Positions 11,742-26,700 of a stretch of 64,000 nt of DNA are shown here, one piece after another; position 1 is the stretch's first letter; each line of letters starts with the position of its first letter. The position numbers and the translations under genes were made by a program. Below the pieces are notes generated by a model, which saw only the letters and a program-made list of their open reading frames with translations, was not told the DNA's origin and did no database searches. The DNA comes from Antedon mediterranea (Eukaryota > Animalia > Echinodermata), in the NCBI RefSeq assembly GCF_964355755.1, contig NC_092680.1, positions 22,019,045 through 22,083,044 of the forward strand, read 5' to 3'.

Positions 11742-14700
11742 TTGTTATATTTGCAATAATGTACACTAATTTGTTACTGAACTATGGAGAATTTTTTTTT
11801 TCCGAAATAAAAGATGAATGAATGAATGAATAGCGCGCGTTTCAAATATGATTAATGAATAATTAATTCAAACGCATGTGGGGCCACATTGAATACTACG
11901 TGAAGTTTCTAGAGAAATGAACTATAGACTACTATTAATAGCCATCGAATATACATGGATAACATGTATTCCGTTTCTAAAATGACTGGGAAGAGTTTAG
12001 GAAAAGGTAGATTGAGTACCGATTTCCAGCTGAATTAGTATTACAGACTTAAACATTCCGACAATGCAATCTCACCACACGGAATTGATTGATGCAAACA
12101 TGTAAGCCTACTACGGATAGCAAGAACGGTTAATCCTTTCCTGAAATGATGCAAGCTGGTTAAAACCTTACTTCAAGGAGATATTTGAGAGCGATCATAG
12201 TAAGGATTAAAGTCAATTAAGGTAAGCCTGTACACAGACGTATAAATCAAATCCAGGATCATACACTTATTTGTTAATTTGCAGCTACGCCTAGCGAAGC
12301 AAACATGGACAAACATACATTATTATGTCTAGGCCTGCCACAGGGCCGTAGCCAGGATCTGTCAAGGGGGGGGTTCGGACACTAAATATTTGGGTCAACC
12401 CCCCCCCCCCCCCCCTCCCCCAGCCTGATGCGAAGCGAATTTTGTTAAATGACACCCCTAGATGGCCGGAAAAGACACTCTCGTGCAGCATGCTATATAA
12501 CCATTGAGCAAAAAGATCGTACTTTTTTCCTCCTCCTCAAACACGTCGATAATTTAAATGACGATAACTATTTGTTGCCGTATGTTAGATGCGCGTGCTC
12601 TGTGCGGAACCGCCGATTGTTTGATCATTTACTCCGTATTTTGTTTTGCGTTCAAGTTCAATGCGAACGTATATCTAGGAGCAGCCCCGAAAAAAGCACA
12701 CTGGGTGAAGGCAAATGCTATTTGCTAGCTCTATCTATAATATTTATTTACAGCAATTTGTTGAGGAATATAAATATGTAAATAGGTGATATTGATACAT
12801 TTTAGTACGTATCGGCTGGTGGTCTAGAAAAAAATAATAGGATGCCATAATGTGAACTACAGTACTTGATACCATAGATATTATAGTGTAAAATATTAAT
12901 ATTCACTATCCTCTATGATACATTATACTTCATAGTCGCACATAAATACTGATGTACGTCGGAAGGCTATACTTTATGCATGCTGCCTGACTGCCAGTGA
13001 TCTAAACAATAGGTACGCAGTTGTCTGGCGGTGTCCTTTGTACGAATCGTTCGTGCGCCAGCTCGCTATGAGACGCGTCAATATCATGTTACATGCAGGG
13101 ACCAAACCAGGGGTGGCACCAGGATCTTCCCGACGCGGGGGCTACATTCCCCGACGAGGGGGCTATGCGAGCGAAGCGAGCATCACTAGGCTGGGGGCCA
13201 GGGGGCCGCCAAGGGCCCCCGGTGGGGGTCGAGGGGGGGGGGGCGAAACCCCCGGAAGCAACGCGTTCTAGCGTCATTTGAGGTCATTTTAATCAGATTT
13301 AGGGTAGCCATTTTTTCCATTTTTTATAATGCATAAGGCCTAAATAAAATACTGCGTGCAAAAAAACGATGCGCGATGACTGTTTCAATCCATATTTTTC
13401 AATTTAAAAAATAAAAGTTGAAAGAAAATTTAGAAAAATAGAGTTGGAGGTCCCGGAAATTGGACTTATTATACTTCAAAACATGAAACAAAATATATAA
13501 GTCCCTATCATGGTTGTGACTGAGCTAAGAAATGTTTGAAAAATAGAGATGTTAGGTCCCGGAAAATGCACTTCTTGTACTTCGAAATATGACCAGCTTT
13601 ATTGTTGGGGCTGAGCTAAGAAAATGTTTAAAACTAGAGGCTGCAGGTCTTCAAAAAATTGCATTTTATACTTTGGAAACATCAGGCCTAGAGGCTTAAA
13701 AAAACGCAAGCGTAGACCTTTTTCAGTCGGGGAAATAAGTTTATTCCTCCCAAGTGTATGCGTGCGTACCATCTGGACCTCCGAGTGGTGAGAAATTCAT
13801 GACATACAGGACATTGTAATAACTTAGCTAAAATAAGATGTTGGCTAAGCGAAAATGGCATGTTTTTTTGTTTAGTAAATGGATGAAAAATTTATTTTAG
13901 GTGCCCCACGGTACTGTATATTATATTCCCCGACAAAAGTACCCGTGTTCCCTTCGGTATTTCCCTTCGGTAACCGTCGGTAAACTTCGCCTGGAAAATA
14001 ACTACATTACACATTTTGGTCCCTGGATGGAACTTGATATCACGCGTCTCGACTCAACGTTGAACGATTCGTACAAAGGGATACCGCCAGACAAGGCCGT
14101 ACCTAGCTAATGTTTAGTAGTGAGTTAGATCGCTGGCAATAATGAATGCATAAAAGTGCATAATAGCCCTCTGACCATGGATTAAAGAATAGAAGGATAT
14201 GCATCGACGGTGACATCAAACGATTTTACAACGCGCTTGCCTATACTAAAGCACTGCTGCCAATCAAACAAACACGCTCATTGAACTCCGTGTCTCTAAC
14301 CGCGGCCCTCTGTAAAACGCTTCGAATCAACTGTTACATTTTTTGAGACCAAAACGTAAGCATATAGAAATCGTATGCGCAGTCTGAATGTTCTATTGAC
14401 ATGTCTGCGTCGATGATTAATTGACAACAAAAATATATTGCTGAATAATTCTGTTTTAGTTTCATCACAATCGGACTACGAAAAGTTCACTTTCTTACGA
14501 CTGGTAATTTTAAGTAGTTGGTAATATTAATAAAATATGCAATTTTTATATTTGAATTATCATTATTTGCCTGCCATCTTCTGTCATTAAAAATTGCGTT
14601 AATCTATAGAATATTAAATTATGCATTTGACCATGTATGTTGTTAGCGTGGCCGGTGTTCACCCATACAACAATCGTGTTTTATATAATATGGCTAAGCA

Positions 14701-17700
14701 GTGGTTTCTTCATAAATCTCCTTATTTATCGATGTGATTATATTTAAATTGTAGTGCCTGGTGATTGGCTAGTGGTTATGTCATCCACATCACATCCAAT
14801 CACCGGGTCTAATTGAATGAAAACAGCGATCCCTGATCCGGGATTGGCTGGCTATGTATAGTTGCGATTCGTGTTCCCACTAGCGACGCAGATTAGCCTA
14901 GGCCTACCTAGGCAGTATCAATGTCGGCAAATCATATGGTTTACTAGTAAGCCTAGGCCTAGTATTGCTGATTTTGTAATTTTACATGTAGGCTGAGACA
15001 ACAAATAAATAGTTATTGTCTCAGATGTAGGGCTACTGCAGGTCATAAAATGCTACTTTAATGTCATAGGCCTAAAAACATTAGCGTAGATCAATCGCGG
15101 CAGAAACCTATACTAATTACAATTATAGCATCTACAATTCTAAGCCAATAACAATATAGTATTGTTTTTATCTGGTATATTGATGAAGTAGGCCTACACT
15201 AAGGTCTTCACAATAACATAAAATGTAATTTAATAACTGTTTTCAATGGCGTGAGGCAGAGGCCTGAAGCCACTTGTTTAGGAAACCTAAGTGGCCCTCC
15301 AAAAGTTTCAAAGATCGAGGCCTCGGACGTTTTTAGCATTTTCGACATATTTTATGCCTGTTCCTCTGGGCACTGCTCATGGGCCCCAAGCTTCGGTTTA
15401 GCCAGTGAGCGCACATATCCGTTACGCCACTGATTATACTGTTCAAATATGTATGAATACATACAGTGCAACAAAGAACGCGCGAAAGAAGCGTAGTCAA
15501 CACGGTTAAATGTCGTTGCACATGTGCAGTAAACAATATATTAGGCACGCGACCGTTTCGTTGTTACCATGCGGTTAATTAAACTGTAACATTGTGGGCG
15601 GTCCGCGGTCTGTCGGCGAGAGTCAAGGAACCCTTGATCTCACGTCGATGCATATCCTTCTATTCTTTAATCCATGCTCTGACGTACTCTCACGGTTAAT
15701 GGAACGTCGTGGTATGAAGTGAACGCGAACGTTTTTTACTGTATATTATATTCCCCGACAAAAAGTACCCGTGTTCCGACGGGGGGGGGGGGGGGGCTAG
15801 GCTCCCCGCCGACGAGAGGGCTAGAGCCCCCGTAGCCCCCCTGCTGGCGCCACCACTGGACCAAACATTTATTTTTCAGGTTAAAATCGGCAATTCATTT
15901 GCAGCTTTTAGAAATTTACAGACACGTATCACTAGTTGACGCTTATACAGAGAAGAAGGTTCACGAACAAGTTTACGAATTTTTCAATTTACAAACAACT
16001 TTTTGTACTGTGGGGCACGTATTTGGAGGATTTTTGGAGATGAGGGTGAGGTATTGGGCATGTCGGGGATGGGGGTTCGCAGTTGGTTAAGGGGGGTTCG
16101 CTGTAAAGGGGGGGTTCGCCCGAACCATAAAAACCCCCCCTGGCTACGGGCCTATGCCATATATTATATACTATGGATATATTATTCACCATTAAAAAAA
16201 ATCATAATCAAATTATACCGTAGCATAAAGAAAGACGGAAAAAATATAAAGATGCAATAACATTTAAAAGGTCCTCTTACTGATTTCACAGTGGTCACCA
16301 GACGTTGCTGGGTTAACGCAGTCGCACTCATATGACGTGAAACCTTCGATACAAATCCCTCCGTTTTTGCACAAATTCTCTTGACACATCGTTTTACAGC
16401 CAATGACCATATCATCTCGTACAATCCGTCTAAATATTCAAATAAAATATTAATAATGTTGATGTAGGTTATATAACACATTGTTGTAGGCCTATTGATG
16501 AAATGACTGAATTGATAAATACTTACGGTTGAGCGTAGTAAGCATTGGTAAGAAACTCTACGCGGTTGTTGATGATCAGACCTCCAATGCATCCTGTCAT
16601 GCCGTGCACATTAGGGTTATCCATTACTTCGTTACTATAGAAAAAATGTCGAAACATATAATTGGGTAATATGAAAATTGCAAGAAAAACTTATATTGAA
16701 TAGTTAAACGTGTCCTCATCTTACCTCAAAGATCCACCAAGTAAAAACGGTCCATCATACTGCTTTATCGTTTCTCCTTCGTTCATCACTAATATCTCAT
16801 TATCAAAATCAACACTAAACTTCACTGTATTAGAACTTTGTTCAACTGTTATCAAATGCCAATCTCCATCAGTTAAAAGCCTCGTCGTTCTCAGTTTTAC
16901 CATATCACTTCGTCCATTCAAGCGATATGAAAATTCAATAGTATGACCTAAAATAATTTAATAATTGATTCAAGATATTACTTTTGCATTACATAGATTC
17001 ATCTGCCAATTCATCAATCTGCACACTCTCATGTTGTTGTACTATTTGCCAATGTAGTGGTCCACTTAAATTTATTAATTTTAATTTTTAAGTTTAATTC
17101 ACTCATATGTGTTATTTTCTTATTCACTAACTGGATTGTGTTAATTTGTTTATTATTTTTAAATTCTGCTGTGTTAATGTAAAGAGACGTCCAAAAGCTT
17201 TTTAATTTTGTTTTGCTATTGTTTTTGTTGGGTAAATATTTTACCTACAGTGACTAAAAACAAAATGTTCTTTACCATCGTAAACTTTAGCCATCAAATT
17301 ATTGGTGTTGGTCTCGGAACGAAGCTGGTGAAAGATTACTGAGTTATTTCTTGATGTACGAAAACTTAAACTCAAAGTCCCATTTGTCCAGGGTTCCATT
17401 TTTAGGATGGTACTTGGTTTCAAGAATGTGAGTGTGTATCCTTCAGTATAGCCAACTAACGATATGGGAAATATTATTTAATGTATTGTTAAAATAATAA
17501 TGATGAAAACTTGCTTGTTTAAATATGACGTAGGGAACTACTAGCTAGCTAACGTAGGGAAAATAGCGTTAGTTAATCCTATTGAAAGCGAACAAATGAG
17601 AAAAGTGTATCTGTGGACTTATTTCATAGGCCTACATATTAATAATATATTTTCATACGAAAGTCATTCATATCCTGCTTAAGTACGTCCATTCTTAAAG

Positions 17701-20700
17701 TAAACTCACGCATTCCATTACACGTCAGTGGTCCAAGTGACATTCTTGCCAACGTCTGTTTCTGTTCTCGTGAGAAGTCCATACTCACGATAGGTAGATA
17801 TTCCTTTGCATCTAACACTCCTTCATCGTATAGCCAACTAACAAAATACGAACACATATTCTACTGAACACAAAACACGTAACATTTACATGTGCCTAAA
17901 AGCTACGTTTGTTGAGTGTTGACTAACCGGTTCCAATAAGGCCTACATCAATATTGTGAACTAATTACCTATTTGTATTACCATCACAATTTCTTGTTAT
18001 GTTTGCGGTTGGCATAGTATGTCCTTTGGGAGAAATTAATTTAGTTCCAATCCCGAAGCTGTAAATATTAATGATAATAATGTACATTAATTAAATTAGG
18101 TCATATTTTAACATAATGTTATGAACTATAATGATAATAATAATGATGATGATCTGTTATAATTCGTTAATTATGATTACTGAATAATGATGGACGGTGA
18201 CTGATTGATGATTGATAGTATGATGATTATAATGATATAAGATTTGATGATGATATGATAATGATAGTATGATGATAGCATGATGACATGGTATGGTGAT
18301 TGTATGATATTATGTTAGTATGATGATATGATTATAGTATGATGGTATGATGATAGTATGATGACATGGTATGATGATTGTATGATATTATTATAGTATG
18401 ATGGTATGATGATAGCATGATGACATGGTATGATGATAGCATGATGACATGGTATGGTGATTGTATGATATTATGTTAGTATGATGGTATGATGATAGTA
18501 TGATGACATGGTATGATGATTGTATGATATTATTATAGTATGATGGTATGATGATAGCATGATGACATGGTATGATGATAGCATTATGACATGGTATGGT
18601 GATTGTATGATATTATGTTAGTATGATGGTATGATGATAGCATGATGACATGGTATGATTATTGTATGATATTATGTTAGTATGATGATAGCATGATGAC
18701 ATGGTATGATGATAGCATGATGACATGGTATGGTGATTGTATGATATTATGTTAGTATGATGATATGATTATAGTATGATGGTATGATGGTATGATGATA
18801 GCATAATGACATGGTATGATGATAGCATGATGACATGGTATGGTGATTGTATGATATTATGTTAGTATGATGGTATGATGACATGGTATGATGATAGCAT
18901 GATGACATGGTATGGTGATTGTATGATATTATGTTAGTATGATGATATGATTATAGCATGATGACATGGTATGATGATAGCATGATGACATGGTATGATG
19001 ATAGCATGATGACATGGTATGATGATAGCATGATGACATGGTATGATGATTGTATGATATTATGTTAGTATGATGATAGCATGATGACATGGTATGATGA
19101 TAGCATGATGACATGGTATGATGATAGTATGATTAGAGTATGATGATATGATTATAGTATGATGATGATCATTGACTGATGATAATGATGATGATACTGA
19201 TTTATTGATAAGCATACGTAATAGTGCTACCTTATAGGAGCTTGCCAGCACCAATACTTTACGTCTTGTTGACAGTGATCCGCATGATCCACAAGATACT
19301 TGATAACTTCACCCGAAGTATCTCGATACCTCAGTTGGAATTTAGTTGAACCCCAAAGAGAAGATCTTACTTGAGTTTCCGCAGCAAAGTTGTGTTCAAT
19401 TATCGTTTTGATTTTACCATTTCTTGTAAGATAAACAATTTTCAAATAATTATTAAATCTTGTTCCAAACTGGTTCAATCAATGAGTATGCATACCATAC
19501 ATTTTTATAAATCCTCCTGTGGACGATCAAAGCATATTGATCGAAACGTCGAGAAACTCGAGTTCTTTTCAGAACTAATACACGTGGTGTACCGCAAACT
19601 TTATATCAACATTTGATTTCGCCATGCAAACCTTCAAACAATATATTACAATAAGTTTATTAGAATATTCGTAGGCCTACCTAAGATCGCACAAGACATC
19701 AACTGCATGAAGCTTGCCAACACCATCAATATCAATCTTCTTCAAACCTGATGTTCGATCTCCAGCAAAATAGTACTCACCACAAGTTCTCTTGAATGCA
19801 GCTGTAGATGTTTAGATGTAAAGAACAAGAATAAATTACACTGCATTAATAGTTAGACATATTCCTGGTACTATTGGGGTGATTGTGACCACTCTTTTTC
19901 TTATTTCTCAGTGTTTATTTATATCTGTTTAGTTGAGTGTTTTTTTTTAGAATTTCTCTTTTCTAAGAGCATATATTATTATTTCAGTAACATTGTAAAA
20001 CATACTTACGGAATTGACATGTTGGTCCAGAGTAGCCGGTGCCCGAACAGTCACATCGAATCCCTTCTTGCTTGTTATTATAAACACACCGGCCGTTATT
20101 TGCACACACTAGTTGAGATGTTAGACAGGGATTTGATATCTGACATGTTCCAATTGTAACACCATTTACCATGTTGGTATTCATTACTTCATTTGGGTAA
20201 ATTTCAACAGATTGAAATATAATTTCTTGCATACAACCTTCATACCCTTCAATAAAACATACATAGTAAACATTTTTGTATTTATGCAGTTGTTGTCTCA
20301 ACTGTGTATAATTCCGTCTGCAGTGTTTGCCTTTAATATAGAATAAAGTGTAGACACTGCAACATTTTGGTTTTATAATGTGTGCAGTCAATTGGTGAAA
20401 CTGTAAGTCTAACTTTCGCTGCAAAAGTTGAGAAATATTAGTTTTACCAAACCTTGATCAGTATTGGTCCATCCTCCACCTAAATAAAGATCACTGGTTG
20501 GAGAAAATGTAATGTTGGTTGCATGGAAACTTGCCTTGATGTCGTTAACCATTACTGTAATAGAGCTAGAAAGAGCGATTTTAACATGACATCAACATTA
20601 TGTTAAAGGAATTAAAGAGAAACCATTACTCAACTTGCTTTTAGTTTAAATATAAAAGTGGCAGAAGTAGTAATAATTATAGAAAACAATAATTATAACA

Positions 20701-23700
20701 TAGTCACCTAATTTAGAAAATAATTATTAGACAAAGAAACTAATGGAACATATATTTCATTTTCATTTTAGGCACGCCAGTCCCTTCAATTTGTTTGAAC
20801 AATTTATGTCTGCATGTTTTACATAATATCTATCCACCTCTGTCTGTTCTAACCGTTTCTTTTGCTTTTCCGACTGATGTCTATTCACTTGATTTCCTTA
20901 CCGATGTGTTGTTTTATATGTGCATTATTAGTACCATATCACTATCAGTGACTCCAGTCTATGTTAAATATTTAAAATCTGAATACTTTGTATATATTTA
21001 CCTATCTTCAATGGCTAAATATAGCTTGTACCACATAGTAGTATTCAAATGTTCTCCAACAACCACAGATTTATTGAATGACGTAACAGCATTTCCTTCC
21101 TCTAGTTCGAGTATCCCATGTATTTGGTAATCAACTATACGAAGCTATTTAATATAAACATTATTTAAAATAAGGAACTAATAATTTCTGTAAACATTGA
21201 GTTGTTTAATGCATAGGCCTAATCGACTCACTGTTTCTTAGAATGAATATATATGATCATCATCAGGAATGAAATAAATAAAAAGTTAAACATTGTCAAA
21301 ATGCTAATGGGGTGAAATGAAGCTAATTTGTGCATTTTTTATGTGTGGACAGAGGAGGAGTTAGATTTAGTTCAATTTGTTATAATGAAGTATTAGACTA
21401 CAATAAGTATTACTTGTTGCCCGTTGCTGTAGGCCTACTCGAGATTTTGTTCACCCCAAAAGGCTGTGGCAGGACCTTAGTGCTGAGGCAGGGAGATCAC
21501 ATTTAACATCTTTTTTTCCCCTCTGGCTTTCACCACCTGTATTATTGATGTTTAAATTGTATGTTTAGTGCAATTAATTGTTACGTGTTTAGAACACGTG
21601 TAGTGGGGAAGATGGTATTGTTAATCATTCGCAGTCAACACGCCACACTGTTAAATTTTTATTTTGTTAATTTTTTAAATTAGAAGATTATTATTCTACT
21701 ACTGTACCACACTGTTGCACGTTGGTAGCAAATATCGGTTTCATGCAAGGTATTGTATTGTAATATATGTTATGAACAACACGTTTATGGTAGTGACTAA
21801 TTGATAACAAATTAAGCCTAAATGTTATTAAACTGAATTAATGATTTCATTGAAATACACCAAAAATGATCACGATTGTCTAATACTGACTTGGATATTA
21901 TTATAAACGGTACTTGTTTAGATAGAGTTTCTCACTGCAAACATCTAGGTGTGATGAAACCCTATCATGGATATTATTATAAACGGTACTTGTTTAGATA
22001 GAGTTTCTCACTGCAAACATCTAGGTGTGATGAAACCCTATCATGGATATTATTATAAACGGTACTTGTTTAGATAGAGTTTCTCACTGCAAACATCTAG
22101 GTGTGATGAAACCCTATCATGGATATTATTATAAACGGTACTTGTTTAGATAGAGTTTCTCACTGCAAACATCTAGGTGTGATGAAACCCTATCATGGAT
22201 ATTATTATAAACGGTACTTGTTTAGATAGAGTTTCTCACTGCAAACATCTAGGTGTGATGAAACCCTATCATGGATATTATTATAAACGGTACTTGTTTA
22301 GATAGAGTTTCTCACTGCAAACATCTAGGTGTGATAAAACCCTATCATGGATATTATTATAAACGGTACTTGTTTAGATAGAGTTTCTCACTGCAAACAT
22401 CTAGGTGTGATGAAACCCTATCATGGATATTATTATAAACGGTACTTGTTTAGATAGAGTTTCTCACTGCAAACATCTAGGTGTGATGAAACCCTATCAT
22501 GGATATTATTATAAACGGTACTTGTTTAGATAGAGTTTCTCACTGCAAACATCTAGGTGTGATGAAACCCTATCATGGAATATGCACATAGAATATGTTA
22601 CATCTAAAGTTCTTCAAGGCTTGTTTTATCTACCTAATTCCAATACATTTACAGTCAATGCTATACAAAGTTGCACTTCACTTATACTACTGTAATATTT
22701 TAGGGGGTAGATGTAACAAAGCCTTAAGCAACACAACAACAAAAAAACAACTATGACAAAGCAGAGCAGCTAAATTGGACTAATCCAGGTGCGGATCCAG
22801 TTGGAGTCAGCCGCCCCTCTCCCCTAGATTTCGAAAATTGTAATGCAAAAGAAAGTAGGCCTACATCAAATTGAGCTCAGCTCTTCATTTCACAAATTTT
22901 AGACACTTGGCTCCGTTTATTTTTTAAAAATAGATCCCACTGTACATCTACTGTGAAGAATGTCTTGATGATGATGAGTTTATAGCAAATGAAGCCTAAC
23001 AGAATGCTACCAGAAGTGATGAGTTTGAAACTGTTATATCTTACACTGATTGACCCTCGGTGACCTTTATTGCTTCGAATCGCAACCAAAAGAAGAACAC
23101 CATTGCGTTGAACTGTCTTCAACTGAAATCTTTAAAGCAATACATTTTTTAGAGTCTGACCAAATACCGAGTACATAATTAGGACTAGATTACTACAACA
23201 TGCGTATAATATAATATAATGACTGCACTAATTCCTGTTGTTAATTCTTATAATAATGATTATCAATTTTTATATTTTTTGTCGTAGCGCCTATATATTT
23301 TTAACACATTTAATTAATTTAAGAGTTTGCTGAATAAATTTAAAAGGATATATTTTAATACTCTATTAGCATATATTAAAATGGTAGTCATAGCACTAAC
23401 AAACCGAACATGCAACATGCATAAAAGAATAGTATTTTTTGTTTTAATTTGATTTATTTGCATCTCATTAAACATTTTAGTTTATGATACAGAAAGCTAT
23501 AATAGCATAAATAATACAGTCATATGGTTAATCGCATTCACGACGGATAATCACCTTAGATTAAGATTTCCATATTTCCAATCCCGAAGAATGAGCTGTG
23601 AATTTGACTGTGCAAAAATAATCGACGAATGTCCAATTTGCTTGCAACCCTGCGCTGGTTGGCCTCCCATACCTTTGCCTACATACTTGACTTGTGAATG

Positions 23701-26700
23701 GTTAACTGCCAGCTCTTCCAGTATATTCATTAACCCAAAGTTCACATGTTTCAAGCAACCAACAAAATTACTACCCAATATTAAGCCTAGTATAATTTTA
23801 AAAAGACAACATTGATGTTATAAACATATCCATTAAAGGTGTTATGGATATATACTAGTTATGATAACAAATGCAAATGGTGTCGACAAGCAAACATTTG
23901 TAAATATTTCACAGATATTATATATATAGGTTGATGGTAAATTACGGACATACCCTCATAACCTCTGAGTACTGGTCCACCGCCAATATAGACAGTCTGT
24001 CCTAGGTACAAGTAGCTAGGCTGAGGCAAAGTTTCGTTTCTATAGTAAGCTATACCATCTGAGATTCTTGTCAGTTCCAGTGAAATGTAAGTTAATTCGT
24101 GTTGTAGCGTAAATTCATACCAACTATATCAATAAAAAAATAATACTTAGTTATTATCTCTTTATTTCTTCAATTTTTCTTTATATTAGAAATACATTGT
24201 TTTTTAAAAACTGGCATGATATGATTTGCTTTATGTTGAGCAACACACGTGTTTTCATTTTGTGTAACATTATCGTGTTTAAATCGTAATAGTCAGGAAT
24301 TACAATTACATTCATCAAATTACCTATAAGCCTACTTTTTATAGCTTTGTATCTTAACTGAACATAAAAGAACTGTTTTCTAACCTGTTATCATTAACTT
24401 CAGTCTCAGTAAAATGATAATCCAGGGCTTTATATCCAAAGTTAATAGAAGCTTTCAACGTGCCATTAGTTATCTCAATAGCGACATAGTTGATTCCAAT
24501 TGAGAAACTATGACCGTAGACTAGTACTCCAGATCTCTGCTCGTGTTCTATCTGAAATAAATACACGCATTCTAGTTTAGATTATGTAACCTATTCATTT
24601 GTTTAGATTGTTTAGGTTTTGTTAATACAAAATACAACTTGGTCAACGTAAAAAGATCTAGTACAAAAAAATTAAAGCCATGACATTTGTGGATGAAATT
24701 GATAAGTCTCTGGCCCTAGACTTTGGCCTATCTTTCTGAAAATCGTAGCCGATAATACGCTATGCAACAACACATTTGCGCTTGAATTGTGATGACATTT
24801 GTATTGAAAGTCTGGAATACTGCTGATAACATACAAACATTGTTTAATTTAATTGATATAAGGTTTTGTCTTTTATTCTATTATAAAAAATAATTAAAAG
24901 AGGATCCTTAGGAACTCAGTTTTCAAGTATATCTACAGAGAGGGCACATGGTGGAATAAACATTTTGTTTACCTTAAATGTAAAATGTATATACAGCCTA
25001 TCTGTGTACGTATTTTCCAAACGTGTTCCTACGGTGAATTCTAAATACTCATCGCCGTTTAAGGTAACGATAATATCATCTAAAGGAAAATATAATTGAT
25101 GAGTCAGGATAAAAAATGGCTAGTGTCGACAGGTAGTACAGAATGAGTAATAATATTATCGGTTTGGAAATTGTAGTTTAATTTAAAAGGAAAACAACCA
25201 CATTATATTAACTGCAGTATCGGTAGGCTTGCTTTACAAATTATGTTAACATATATGAATGAGATTATAATGTAACTGTAAGGCAGACGTGATGACATAA
25301 ACAATAGGTTTGTAACTCGAACCTGGAGTTTCACAGCTCCAACCAATAAATGTAGTATGTCTGCAGTCACATATTGTCCTTGTATACTCATTTATACATT
25401 TCCCGCCATTTTTGCATTGGTTTTCCACATCACACTTGTTGATACAGCCTCTTTGAACTAAATCTGTGTAATATGAATTGAGAATAGTAAGTTGAACATA
25501 ATACGTAGTTAAAAGCAAATAGGTAGCTCATAGTTATTCATAGAATGGTCACATAATTTTAGAAGATTCGAAACAATTAAAAAGGGTAAATGGTGGTATA
25601 AACAGACAGACATGAACAGCAACCAATGACAATGGATCGTAAGCTTTTGTTTAAATACTTTAAGCAAAATAAACAAATGAGTATGGTTGTTTTACTTACT
25701 ACTGCTGTTATACATACTAAACGTTTTAAATGCTTTCGAGATTAGCAACTTCGGCGTTTCAATACATCCAACAAAGTATGTAAATCTTCTATTTCCTGGC
25801 GTCTCAACATATTTCCACAAACCTGAAATAAAAGCAAGTAAGACTGTCATATAGTGTCTTCTGTCGTTAAATAGTTTTGAGCGTTTGTCATCGTCTCGTC
25901 GGAATAGTTTCAATTGCTTCTCGTCGCAACTTTCGAGATTTGTCGTCGTCACACTAGTTTAGAGTGCTTTTCGTCGTCGCAATAGTTTCGAGCGTTTGTC
26001 GTCGTCGCAATAGTTTTGAGTGCTTCTCGTCGCAAGTTTCGAGCGTTTGTCGTCACAATAGATTCGAGTGCTTTGCGTCGTCGCAATAGTTTCGAGTGCT
26101 TCTCGTCGCAAATTTTTATCGTTTGTCGTCGTCACAATAGTTTCGATTGCTTTTCGTCGTCATAGTTTCGAGTGCTTGTAGTCAGCCAGTTATCCCTCTT
26201 TGTAATTGGCCTATTAGTTTTATAGCCAAAATATGTGTATGCAAAATGTGGCGTTACGTCTCCGTCTTCGTTTAAAATTTGCCTATTATAACGCTCTTTT
26301 TCATGTGCAAAAAACTGAATTTGCGTGAGAAAGTATTAAGAGTTTACGTACCTCCAATGAATACGTAAGACGACATTGACAATTTACCAAACGTCTCCCG
26401 TGCATCACCCACACTGTATGCATACAGATATTTTTCTGGTGCTGTTTCATCATCAAGTGAAAAATACAATAAACCGTTTGACTTCTTTTCGTATGAAACT
26501 GTATGCCAAACATCGTCATTTAAAGCTTTACCTAAAGAGATGCTTTACCAACAAAATGTTAATCAAAGTTACGAATATTTAGTTATTAGTACTAAGACTT
26601 TAACTAAATAAAACGAGTTGGAGCTCGAGAATTGTTTGTTCATGTAAGTTACCACATTGAGTTAATTGGCCTTTCTGCTCAAAGTTTTAGAAAAGATGGA

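Larger units (their letters stand above)
13108..15858. mobile_element. Non-autonomous hAT element with an 8-bp TSD, nested in copy 1
   Basis: TSD GACCAAAC at 13100-13107 and 15859-15866. TIRs CAGGGGTGGCACCAG / CTGGCGCCACCACTG. Confidence 0.9.
12341..16154 (+). mobile_element. Non-autonomous hAT-like DNA transposon with a 5-bp TSD (hAT5-type), copy 1; hosts nested insertions
   Basis: TSD TGCCA at 12336-12340 and 16155-16159. TIRs CAGGGCCGTAGCCAGG / CCTGGCTACGGGCCTA. Homologous to the inverted copy at 52559-54721. Confidence 0.9.

Noticed and set aside
18200-19254. His/Met/Ser-rich short ORFs
   Set aside because: Translations of an (ATG)n-derived satellite within an intron.
21892-22579. CRISPR-like array or tandem exon array
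   Set aside because: Units abut with no unique spacers, and there are no cas genes in this eukaryotic context. The minus strand has stops in all three frames, and the flanking exons (...RGSIS | LRIVDY...) join in phase without it.
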